A stretch of 59,401 nucleotides of DNA, filler included, from Dugesia japonica (lineage: Eukaryota), in the NCBI GenBank assembly GCA_001938525.1. It is 5 parts of 5 records of this genome, joined end to end, with 100 filler letters (N's around TTAATTAATTAA, not from the genome) between each part and the next. Parts side by side here need not be neighbours in the genome. Positions count along the whole stretch, not along the records: positions 32,443 to 44,105 come from MQRL01502709.1; positions 44,206 to 59,401 come from MQRL01563998.1; 3 more parts are not named here. One strand, given 5' to 3'. Made by a program: the position numbers and the translations under genes. Shown one piece after another: positions 36,600 to 49,000 of this stretch (position 1 is its first letter; every line of letters begins with the position of its first letter). A model generated the notes under the pieces. The model saw only the letters and a program-made list of their open reading frames with translations. It was not told the origin of the DNA and ran no database searches.

Positions 36600-37340
36600 T
36601 TCCTTGTGGAGGTTGGGGCCACGCTGAATTACCTTTTGTGGTGAATTGTAGCATTTTTGATACAAGTACTTTAGGTGATGTATAAGTAGTTTTAATTTTT
36701 AGAATATTGGTATAAATTTCGAGTCAATATCTTTCAAAATGGTGGTGTTCTTTAATTTATATGTTTAATAACTTTTTACGAGCTCACCCTACTACAATTT
36801 GAAATGCATAATATTGCGCGGCTTCACTATGCGTGTCAGGTGATATCAAATTTGGTTTTATAGGATGAAAATTATGCACAGGTGACTCAAAAAACTGAAT
36901 GGTTTTGAAATTTGATTAGGTTATCAATTTAATTATTGCTTAATTGATTGTGTAATAAAAAATAATTAAATTTTTAAACATCATTTTAACAGGAAAGGAT
37001 AAATTTTAGGATACGAGTATATGAAACATTCCTATCTTACTTTATTTTTCTCTATCTATGCTAAAATTTTTGTCGTGATCGGACGTCATCAGGAGAGGGG
37101 TGCATTCATGCTGACATATCTTTTGTAGTGAATTGAAGCATTTTTCGACACAAGTAATTTATGTGATGTATAGGTAGTTTTTTAATTTTAAGAATATTTC
37201 CGCGAATTTCGAGATGATATCTTTCAAAATGCCGGCAGTTTTAAATTTAAATCTTTAATAACTGTTGAAAAGTCCACCCGAAAATAATTTAAATGCACAA
37301 AATTGCGCAGCTTCGTATTGCGCGTGTACTGATCTCAAAT
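36600..37340. repeat. Diverged tandem duplication, ~485-bp period
   Basis: CTTTTGTRGTGAATTG..CAAGTA..GATGTATA..ATATCTTTCAAAATG..TTGCGC occurs at ~36635-36850 and ~37120-37340. Confidence 0.7.
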
Positions 37341-38574
37341 ATTTGACTGTCTGATAAGATTTATTATTACATGATTTATTTGTTTGATTATTGATTTTTG
37401 ACGTGCTACTTTGTTTAAAGTGCTTGAGAAGTAGAGGGGAGGGGAAGGAAAACGGTTTGAATTGACCAATAAAAAATGTGATGGCATGCTGACCAATCTA
37501 CCTTATATTTGTTTTAATTAAGTCCAGTTACAAATAATTTCAAATTTTTTGTTTTAATTAATAAGTAAATTTTGCGGGAATTTCATATTGTTCTTTGGTG
37601 GGAAATTTAAACTTATTTTTTTTCATTTTCTTCCTTTTATTTTTTTAAATTTTTTTTCTGTTTTCTTTATTTTTATATATTTTTTTATTTATAAAAGAAA
37701 GGAAATGGACGGGAAGCTCATGGGTGTGGATAATGCATGNNNNNNNNNNNNNNNNNNNNNNNNNNNNNNNNNNNNNNNNNNNNNNNNNNNNNNNNNNNNN
37801 NNNNNNNNNNNNNNNNNNNNNNNNNNNNNNNNNNNNNNNNCCGCACAATAACACATAATGAGTAAGAAAAATTAATAATAAAAGAAGGTGAATGGATCTG
37901 GTTGGGTAGCCCATTGGTGTGGGTAATGAGTGGGTAAAAGATGATTATTAGATATCGTTTATAGCACCCCTTTATTATATAGTGAGTAAGTAGGTAAGAT
38001 TAAAGTACCCACGACACAAACATAAGCAAGGACCCCCCACGATAACATATTATGAGTAAAAAATTAATTTGAAGTAAATTTAGTTTGAATTTCAAAATGA
38101 TTTTTGGCGGGAAATTGAAACAGAATTTTATTGCATTTCGTTAAAAATGTGACAAGTTTTTATTTAATTTTAATAAATACCAAAACCGTTTATCAAATTT
38201 TTATCAAAAAAATATAAACAATGAATTGCAATATATATGCATAATAAAAAACCACAACGTAATATATTTAATTAATTGAAAATTAAATTGATATTATTTA
38301 TACTTGAGTTGCACTTGTATTACATCTATATTCCAAATTATTTCAATCAAATTGAATAAATTTGAAGTAATCTTATCCACATATCCTTAAAAATTCAAAT
38401 TTTTAAGTCTAAGTATAANNNNNNNNNNNNNNNNNNNNNNNNNNNNNNNNNNNNNNNNNNNNNNNNNNNNNNNNNNNNNNNNNNNNNNNNNNNNNNNNNN
38501 NNNNNNNNNNNNNNNNNNNTTAATAATTATATATCATCCATCCAAGATTTTGGACATTCAAATATGTATAGTAA

Positions 38575-39057
38575 TCGTATACTTATTGCTTAAATGCCTT
38601 ACTTAAACGAGCTTGAAAACCTTCAACTTTTTTCAACATCTTTGCATATTCTTCCAACAAATCTTCATCTAACAGCAAGAGACTAATCTCGCCGGTTGTT
38701 TCACCTGGGTGATGTTTTTAGCTTCAAAATACAATTCAAACCGTTTGATGAATTACTCAATATCATCTCTGGAGAACACGTTCAACAATAATCTTTCTGT
38801 AATAGAATCGGTATTTTANNNNNNNNNNNNNNNNNNNNNNNNNNNNNNNNNNNNNNNNNNNNNNNNNNGTATACTTATTGCTTAAATGCCTTACTTAAAC
38901 GAGCTTGAAAACCTTCAACTTTTTTCAACGTCTTTGCATATTCTTCCAACAAATCTTCATCTAACAGCAAGAGACTAATCTCGCCGGTTGTTTCCCCTGG
39001 GTGATGTTTTTAGCTTCAAAATACAATTCAAACCGCTTGATGAATTACTCAATATCA
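38575..39057 (-). mobile_element. Gypsy gag N-terminal fragment, duplicated across a gap
   Basis: DDIE*FIKRFELYFEAKNI...LLDEDLLEEYAK...GFQARLSKAF. Confidence 0.55.
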
Positions 39058-41134
39058 NNNNNNNNNNNNNNNNNNNNNNNNNNNNNNNNNNNNNNNNNNN
39101 NNNNNNNNNNNNNNNNNNNNNNNNNNNNNNNNNNNNNNNNNNNNNNNNNNNNNNNNNNNNNNNNNNNNNNNNNNNNNNNNNNNNNNNNNNNNNNNNNNNN
39201 NNNNNNNNNNNNNNNNNNNNNNNNNNNNNNNNNNNNNNNNNNNNNNNNNNNNNNNNNNNNNNNNNNATTATTAAATTATAATTATTTCCTTATAGACTGA
39301 ATTTCACATTTCTATGAATATCTGTTATCGGGACCCTTAATCTTATATACATTTGTAGAAATCTCCAGTGCACTGCGTAATTGATCTTGGAATAGTGTGT
39401 TATAGATTATTAATATCTATATACAACAAGTCAACCTTTTTACTAGAGGCTACATAATGTTTATTTACAAATTGTAAGTATGGTTTTAGACAGTTAAATT
39501 TTTTGATAATTAGACCGAAGTTGTTAACGAAAATAGTTCATAAATAATTTAATTAACTGCATGTAATATAGTTAGAAAATTTAATTGAGAATATTTTTGT
39601 AAAATATAAAATTTTGTAAAATAATTAATTTTTAAAATTTATTGTTTTTTTTGAAAATTTTAAAATAATTTTGGTCAGAATTAAATAAAAAGGTTAGCTA
39701 GTTTTAAAAATTTGTTAAAAAAAACAAATTGATGGTTGGTGACTTTTGTGTTGTTGTCTTGAATAAATCTTAGAATAAAAAGTGTTTCTTTTTTTAATGC
39801 AAATATGAATGTTACAGATTTATCTAACACAAATGTTAGCCCTTCTCTTACAACGTCTTCGAAAAAGGTACACATTATTATGTCACCAATTCTTTCGGGT
39901 TTTGATCCAATCAAAAAATACTAATCAATAAATCCACGATAACCGATACCAAAATTCAAGCAGTGTTATTTCAAATCTCTAGACGGGGTGCCAGTGCACC
40001 CCTATCTACCTACTAATCAAGTAGAATCAAATTTCTTGTTTTCTTTATTTTACGGTTAGAAAAACATTTTTTTCTTAAAATTTCGCCTGTGGATCTTAAT
40101 ACCCACAAGAATTTGACAGTATTCTTGAAATAACTTGTTAACAATAAAAATAGTTTTGAACAGTTTGAAGCCAACNNNNNNNNNNNNNNNNNNNNNNNNN
40201 NNNNNNNNNNNNNNNNNNNNNNNNNNNNNNNNNNNNNNNNNNNNNNNNNNNNNNNNNNNNNNNNNNNNNNNNNNNNNNNNNNNNNNNNNNNNNNNNNNNN
40301 NNNNNNNNNNNNNNNNNNNNNNNNNNNNNNNNNNNNNNNNNNNNNNNNNNNNNNNNNNNNNNNNNNNNNNNNNNNNNNNNNNNNNNNNNNNNNNNNNNNN
40401 NNNNNNNNNNNNNNNNNNNNNNNNNNNNNNNNNNNNNNNNNNNNNNNNNNNNNNNNNNNNNNNNNNNNNNNNNNNNNNNNNNNNNNNNNNNNNNNNNNNN
40501 NNNNNNNNNNNNNNNNNNNNNNNNNNNNNNNNNNNNNNNNNNNNNNNNNNNNNNNNNNNNNNNNNNNNNNNNNNNNNNNNNNNNNNNNNNNNNNNNNNNN
40601 NNNNNNNNNNNNNNNNNNNNNNNNNNNNNNNNNNNNNNNNNNNNNNNNNNNNCCCGCTAAAAATTACTTAACCAAATTCAAAAAAATTTATCAATTATTT
40701 TAAAAATCAAAAATTATTTCTCTAAAAATTATTTTCTCTAAATCCAAATTAGTTTTGCTGATATTGCACAATTATACTGTTTAAATTATACAAAAATACA
40801 ATTAAGAGCTATTAAGAGAAAGAGTTTTGGTTGAATTGTCAACTATGATCAACTGATTTGTTAATATTTAAACAAAATGTTGATGACGGTGGGCCATTGA
40901 ATTTGTAGCAGATGCACCGGCAGTATTTTACATCGGTGGTATGCGTCACTAGTGCCGCTAGTAGCAATTATGTTTTCAATATACAACTTGGTATAATATA
41001 AGTTAATTTATTTTTAATTAAGTATTTTACAGACTATTCTAATTTTAGATTAAATGAAATATTTATTTTATTTTGTTTTTGGTATTAATTTGATAAATTT
41101 CTTTTCTAAATATGTTATCAATTACTTAGCTAAA

Positions 41135-42100
41135 TTACACAAGCTCAGATTAATTTTCTTCAAATTCTTTAGAGTTTTACCATACATGATATTGTTTAAC
41201 AAATTGTAATAATTCTTCTCAATATTGTATTGATGTTTATATATTTCTCAAAATTTTGCGCCTGACAGAATTTAACTCCTCTGTGTACCTTTGAAACTTG
41301 TACACATACCTTGATATACATTTGCAGCAACCTCAATTGAATAATTTTATTGTTTTTTCGGCTGATGAATTAACCATTAATATTTTCACCTTTGATTCTG
41401 GAATACTTTGATGTTCCGCTGCAACTGATCAATTGTTCAGGTAATCTTGTATATCTATTGAAAAACTATGTCCATCTCCAATGTGAATCAATATGGTGAA
41501 GAGTAAAGGTGTGCCGTCCTAAATTTTTTAAAAACGATCTCTAATCCAGATTAGACTCATTCAAAATAACTATAGGCAAACTTCTGATTCAAAGTACATC
41601 CAAATAGATTAATAAATCTGTATACAATAAATCAGTGTTTTCATCAGAGTCAACATGGTACTTATTTATAATTGTTAGCCCAGGTCTTAGACTCCCTTCA
41701 AAAAAGTATACATATTATTATCAACAATTCGATTAGTTAATTTACTGACATCAATGCAGATGCTAAAATCTTATTCAGTATAATCCAATCTATTATGTGC
41801 TATTGATATTGCCAAAAACTATTGAAAGAAGTCTGCTAACAGAAAAACATACAGCTTTAGATACACCATCATATTGCATCTCGTTATTGCCCACATTTCC
41901 AACGCTTTCTTAATAATCTTAGTTGACTTCCTCTTTGACATTGTTACCATGTTGTCTATACATTCATTAGTCATCAAAGGTGTTTCCTTTAAGGATTTGA
42001 CAACTGCGTCCGCTGATAAATTTGTGAATTGGTACGAGTCAATAAATTTGATTGTAGTTTACTTATGGTAAACCATCAAGTATAATAAAATCCTTTTTTG
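41135..42100 (-). mobile_element. Degenerate Polinton/Maverick protein-primed DNA polymerase B
   Basis: In expected order: IKFIDSYQF, VFLLADFFQ, NMYTFF/EGSLRPG, DLLYTD..NLFG, KVHRGVKFCQA..KYININT, YYNLLNNIMYGKT. Confidence 0.8.
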
Positions 42101-42404
42101 CTATTGGTATGCAAGACTTGTCCCAACTTTGGAATTGATTTAATCAGATTTGATGATGTGTTATAATTCATACTTGCCATTAAATTATGAATCACTACTA
42201 AATATTTTTAAAAAGTATTTAGAATTTTTCATATTAAAAAAGTATATAAAAATTGTTAAAATAAAAGACATTTGTTATCGAAAGTTTTTTTGAAAATTTA
42301 ATTTGGTGTAAATAAGTTTTATATAGTGTATTGTATAAAACTTATTTGGAATAAAAATATCTTTTAAATTATAGTAGTAATATTTTTTGAAATATTTATA
42401 ATAA

Positions 42405-42860
42405 GAAAAGAAATTGGATTTAATAAAGGAAGCAATGCACTCTGGAATTTTAAGAATGGGTGATGATGTCAAAAGATTTATTTTCAAGACAAAGAAATAT
42501 TGTTATTTAAATGGAATAAAGTAAAATCATATAAGTTTTATTGTAGTTGGTTACATAGATAAAAAACTACAGGAAATTTATGAAAATGAAAATGAATCAT
42601 TGAGATTTGAAGAAAGATTCAGAAAGGCTTTCTTTAGGCCATTGACAATGCTTAAATATATGAAGTAAGCTCTAAATTATCGAAGGAATGGAGAGCATTT
42701 ATATATATCTATAAGAAAAAGATAGAAATATTGGTGGATGTGTTAATGGCTTATAAATGGAGCAAAGATGACTTAACAAATGGGCTAATAATGAATAGTT
42801 ACAATGACACGAAGATGAAACATAAAATCAAATAAGGGAAAATAGAAAAATTAGAAGATT
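42405..42860 (+). mobile_element. Gypsy gag N-terminal fragment
   Basis: RMGDDVKRFIFKTKKYCYLNGI...FEERFRKAFFRP...ALNYRR, similar in pattern to 38575-39057. Confidence 0.45.
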
Positions 42861-43494
42861 AATTAGTAGGTATATAATGACATTTTAACCAACCCCCATC
42901 AGGAAATGTTTTTTTTTGACAATTTTTCGTTTTTTTCATTTTTTTTCTTTTGATATTATTTTTCTTTGATGTTTTTTTAAATATTTTTCTTATTTTCCTT
43001 TTTTCATTCTGTTTTCTTTTTTACCTTTTTTATTTTNNNNNNNNNNNNNNNNNNNNNNNNNNNNNNNNNNNNNNNNNNNNNNNNNNNNNNNNNNNNNNNN
43101 NNNNNNNNNNNNNNNNNNNNNACGGTAGACATTATTACATGCTTTTGTTTGTCATGGAAAGTAAATATAGAACGTTATTAAACATTTAAACAACAAAAAC
43201 GACATACAACCACCATGTTTAAATTTTTGAAGTTGAATCATATAAAATTTATATAAAACTGCTTCTTTCAAGAAATAATATATAATTAATTATAAATTAT
43301 AATTGTAATTAAACTAATAATAATTATAAAAATATTTTTAGAACAATAAACTCAGAATTAAAAACTATAGGAATATAATTTTACTTTTCTCAAAACATGC
43401 TAGGTTCTCTCAGAAAGAGCTGTGGCTGTGGTATTTCTATATATTGTTGTGAAATAACTGTGTTGTGTTGAGTTGATAGTAGTAATAAAAATTT

Positions 43495-43765
43495 GTATAA
43501 TAATAATTTTAATAATAAATTATAATAATAATTTTAATAAAAATAATAATTATAATAATAATAAATAAATAATAATTTATATAATAATAATTTTAATAAT
43601 TTATATAATAATAATTTTAATAATAATAACTTTAATAATAATTAATAATAACTTATAAAATAATTGTTTTAATAATAATAAATATAATAATAATAATTAA
43701 AATAATAATAATTAATTATAATAATTTTAAAAATAATTAATAATAAATTATAATAATAATAAATA
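43495..43765. repeat. Degenerate (TAA)n microsatellite
   Basis: Direct sequence. Confidence 0.9.
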
Positions 43766-44004
43766 TATGAATAAATCAATTACACAACACCACACAGATA
43801 AAAAGATTTACCTCAACACAGCCCTCTTATCTAACTCAACACAAATAAATATATTAAAGTTGTTTTGAATATACATGTATTGAGTTATAAATCATAAATA
43901 ATAATTATAATAATAAGATATAATAGTAATAGAAAAAGAACGACTTAAATTCAAAGGGTACCCCTAAAAAAAATACGATTTAAATTCAAGGGTTATCCTT
44001 AAAA

Positions 44005-44105
44005 AAATCCCCTGTAAAATATCCCCTGTAAAAAAATCCCCTGTAAAATCTCTCTTGTAAAATCTCTCTTGTAAAATCTCCCTTGTAAAATCTCTCTTGT
44101 AAAAT
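44005..44105. repeat. 14-15 bp tandem repeat (TCYCYTGTAAAA-like)
   Basis: About 7 copies running into a gap. Confidence 0.85.
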
Positions 44106-44647
44106 NNNNNNNNNNNNNNNNNNNNNNNNNNNNNNNNNNNNNNNNNNNNTTAATTAATTAANNNNNNNNNNNNNNNNNNNNNNNNNNNNNNNNNNNNNNN
44201 NNNNNTAACTTTTCAGCTGTAATTGGTTTTCAATATGAACATTATTGTTAAATTTTTCTTTTTTTCAGTGGAATAAATTTATATTTAAAATTTTATCACT
44301 TAAATGTGATTTGATTATAAAATACATATTTCAAGTAATATAACTGAATTTATCGAAATTTAGTGCTTTAATTTAAACTAAAAACTATGTCCAATTAAAT
44401 TGACTTTGCTCTTGAATAAGTTAANNNNNNNNNNNNNNNNNNNNNNNNNNNNNNNNNNNNNNNNNNNNNNNNNNNNNNNNNNNNNNNNNNNNNNNNNNNN
44501 NNNNNNNNNNTAAATGAATCTATTTATAAGATTTGATTATAGTTTCAATATATCCAATTAAGTTGAATTAGAAATATTTTCAATTAAAATTTGTTTTACA
44601 ATTATTGCTAGAATAATTGTTGGACATAACCATTAATCGTTTTTCAG

Positions 44648-44845
44648 ATTTCATTAAAATAAAAGCTTTGATCAAATTATTTTTTTGTTTTGGTACTTTT
44701 CCGACTTTGTCTTTGTCAGGAATTGACATTATTTTAGTTTGAATTNAATCACTAAAAAAAAGTCAATTCCTGATGAAGACTAAGTCGAAAATTCGAAATA
44801 TCAAAAACAAAAAAATTTGATCGAATCTTTTATTTTAATGAAATA
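44648..44845. mobile_element. ~200-bp foldback (palindromic) element containing a hammerhead core
   Basis: Arms ATTTCATTAAAATAAAAG..GGAATTGAC / GTCAATTCC..CTTTTATTTTAATGAAAT; CTGATGA-A-GAC-TAA-GTC-GAAA at 44770-44790; related arms at ~4905-4945, 23100-23260 and 59352-59380. Confidence 0.65.
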
Positions 44846-46065
44846 AAAATTTGATTTAAATTAATATTGTATAAAAAGAATAAAATTAATTTGATATGAA
44901 AAATAACATTCTTTAAGTGTGAATTAAAAGCGTCTAAGTTCATTTATAAAAGGTTTAAGAGCAATAAACTTTGTGTTAGATTTAATCTGGAATATTAATT
45001 AACAGCTTCTCTAATAATGCACTATACTTAGAAAAGATTGAGTAGAATTGTTCGTTTCTTATTACATTTAAAGAAATTAGATTATTGAAATCATAAATAG
45101 ATAAATTGATTAAGCAAGTATTAAGTATTAAATAGGTATTTAATATTAAATATTTACGTTGGTTACATTAATAAATTAAGTCGTAATCATTTGATTGATT
45201 GCAGTTGCGAATGATAGTGTGGTTGGTGGTTATTTAAGCGAACGTGAAATTAATATCGGAATGAAATGTTCATATTTGTTGTACATGTTTGTACTTTAAT
45301 CACAAATACCTAAACAAAGAACAGAAATATTTTATATTAGAATTAAATTTTTAATTTGATTTTTCTTCAAGTTTTTTGAAACAGCTAGCTATTAAATAAT
45401 AGTAAATTGGTTCTAGTTTCAAGAGATAGTTCGGTTTTTTAAAATGAAGACAAAAATTAATCATTCATGAGTAATTGCAATTCTACATTTGAAATTAACA
45501 GTAATGTGATTTATTGTTATTTGTCAAACGGATATATGTGCATTTAGAATTCAAATACTAACATAGTGCGTAAATAGGTAAGTTGATAAATAGTAAATAA
45601 ATGAGTAAACCTTTATCATTTTCATATTTATAAATAAAGTAGAATGTTTGTTCATCACATTTATTATATTATTAATTGTTAATTTAATATAAATTAAATC
45701 TTAAAAATACATTAATAAGTAAAAACAGAGAGGATTAGATTTGATTAAAAAATTGATTTCTGAGAATGTATATTTATCACAAAACAACTTTAAAATGATT
45801 TAATTTTTCTCCTGAACAACGCTGGGTTATTAAAAAAATTTACTGGTTTTAACATTTCTTAAACACTTTTTTTCAGGGAAATTATTATTTATTATTAACG
45901 ATTAAATAGATTCAAACGTTTTATTTTTTACTCGCGCTTTAAATGTTTACCTAGTTATAAAATTTACATAATTACTCACTTTTTTATTAATATCGATTTA
46001 TTATTATATCGATTAATATTAAATACTTAGTTTTTTTTAAAAAAATAATTAACTTATTATTACAG

Positions 46066-49000
46066 AAAACAGAAAATCAGAAAGTAGAACTTATCGATGA
46101 AATGAATGATAAGCAGAACAAAATTCGACGTAAACGAATTCACAATGATTCATTAAACGAATCGTCAATAATTGATCCAAATTTACCAATTGTAAAAAAA
46201 CGACGTGGGCGAATACCTGGAACAGGAAAAAAACAGAAAATGAAAGAGGAATGTAGAATTAGAGAAATGGCCAAAATGAATTTATCGGGAAACGAAGAAA
46301 GTTGGCATGAATTGACATTGGCAATTAATAAACCACCTGATAGTATGATTAATTCTTTCTATTTTTAATTAATATTTGTTGTAATTGAATTAATAAATTT
46401 AACGTACTGAAACTTAAATCATTATTAAAAGTAAATGTACTAGTAAAATTGTTCAATTTTAATGAAATGACGTTATTTTTAAACGCATTTAAATTTTCGC
46501 GTTAAATCTATTTATTATTATTATATGGTATTATAAAACAAATAATCATTACCAATGTAATTTTAATTATTTAGTTATTTGAGTAAAAATTCAAAGTTTT
46601 TTGATAATTTCTGGGATAAATTTCTATAATTAGCTCAATTGATTAATAATAGAAGTAAAAATTCGAAAATCGACATCCGTAGTTTTATCGTAATGAATTT
46701 ATTTATTTTAGTCATTTGTTATCGAATTCAAATATTAACACCAGTAATAAGCGTTTAATGACTACGGTTTCTTATTTTTTTAAGTAATAAATATTGACAT
46801 TTGAAAACAAATTTGAATAACCTGTAAAAAATTAGAAAAGAAATTCAAAAGAAAAATCAATTGCATCATTTGGATGCTATCTCATCAATGTCCATATAAT
46901 TAGCTACGTCGCCTAGTATCAATAAGTTTTCATGTTAGAATTATTTTTTCGCAATTTCTGTTTTTCTTGCTCGTATATATTTCGTTGCCAAAAAATGATT
47001 GCACAATGTTTTTATTTCCACCATTTTTTCCAGTAGTTCAATTAAAATCGATTGTAAACCTGAATAATTCTTTAGTTATTCTGTACCTAATATCAGCACT
47101 CAATTATTAACTCGTGCTAACCTGCAGAACGCATGTTGACAACTAAGCCTTTTTTATGTGATGTCACAATGGTGAATTTTTACGCATAATTCGATTATGT
47201 GCTCTTGGTACTACATTTTGTTGGATGAAAATTATCATTTACTAGTAACAATTGTTTCCGAATAGTTTATCATCTTTCATTGATCAGTTCGAATGCAGGA
47301 AAGGAATTGATCGACAAAATCGATAATCAGTATAAACGCACCCTTTAGCATATTTTATTCAAGTGAAAGAAACATGTTTGAAACTTCTGTTTAATGTGAT
47401 GAGAATGGAATTTTAAAACCACTATTTTTCTGAAGGTGTAACCTGTTTTCCTTGACTTTTATTGTGTCGGTCAGTGTTTCAGAAATTTTAATTTGTTTTA
47501 AAATACAGGCATTTCTTATAACCGTAATGCTATATTTTAATATATTGAATTATTTGGCAAGAAAATGTTTTAAAATTTTATCCATTTCGATTGATTAAAT
47601 TTGATATTTTCTTTTCTTAATTCAATCAAATGTTTAACATTAAATATAAAACTCTTAATGAATTAATTTAAGCTAAGAAAGAAATAAAATAAAATTATCA
47701 TGTAATGAGATTAGTTAAAGATACTTTCATTCCATATGTTTACAAAATGTTCACATGTCACTCAAATATTTACATAAATGTCTAGAAGTCTCTGCATAAT
47801 ACGTATTTAATAAAACCTCAAATTTCATTGTAATTTATTAAATTAAATTAATTAATTGAATGATCAATAAAAATATAATAAATCAAATTTATCTAACTAT
47901 TTTATTTATTTTCTTATCTCAGATAATGACTAACCCTATTGAATTATAGTTATTTTGCATCTCAAATTCTGTTGGAAAAAATAATATTTCCAAGATCAAA
48001 TTTATGACTTTTCAATGTTCGTTTATTATGGAAAAAGATTTACATTAAACAGAAACCGTTTTAAAATTCTAATGATTTATAACACAGATTAATATTTGTA
48101 TCAATCTTTGTTGGAATATCTGCTACAATTTGTATTGAATCCCACTTTTTATTTTAACTTTCATCTGTCCGTCAAATTGACTACACACTCTAGTCCACTC
48201 CAGAGCTTTTTGACTTAAAACAGAAAAATTATATATTTTATTAGGATCACTTTATGTAACTGCTTAATAAAAATCAAAATCGTTTCAAATCGAAAACGAC
48301 TCGAGGGACTGATAAAGGTTAATATTTCTGATTTTACTGGTTATAGTGTATATAATTTATTTGGTTATTTAAAATCTTTAATTATTATTGTTAAAAATAC
48401 TTGATTTACTTATAATTATACTTATACTTAGAACAAAATACCTTGTTGTTAAGTAAACATTTGTTTTAAAATATGCATGGTTAGTAATAAAGTGACCATA
48501 CGTCCCGAAATTTTAGGAACAGTTCCGAATTCTCAATTACTGTATTGGTAACAACTGGACCATTATATTTTAGTGTCCCGAATTCTCCACTTCTAAATAT
48601 GGTCACACATTAGTAACTACTTCTATCATACTCAATTTATGTTTTATTATTTATATTACGTATTTTCGTGGTTATAAGTAATTTTAATTATTTCATTTTT
48701 TTNNNNNNNNNNNNTTTAAAGATTTAATGGAATCTAAAAAATTAATTTATTCAATAAATTACGTTTCATTTCAACTATCTATTTTAAATTCCAAAAATGT
48801 GTAATCGTGTGTGATTTATTCATGTTTGTTTCACTCATTCACCACTTAGCACCACCACAAATTTATAAAATAACAAGTATGTATTTATCGATTAAGTCAC
48901 ATGATAAATCAAATTAATTTAGTTACTGATTCATTGATGTACTGCTGAATGTGATTATGACGACGATATTGTTGAATTTATCTATTGATGAAAATAGTGG

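Noticed and set aside
37885-37925. VNGSGW motif reminiscent of the Polinton PolB N-terminus
   Set aside because: Too short, with no flanking similarity.
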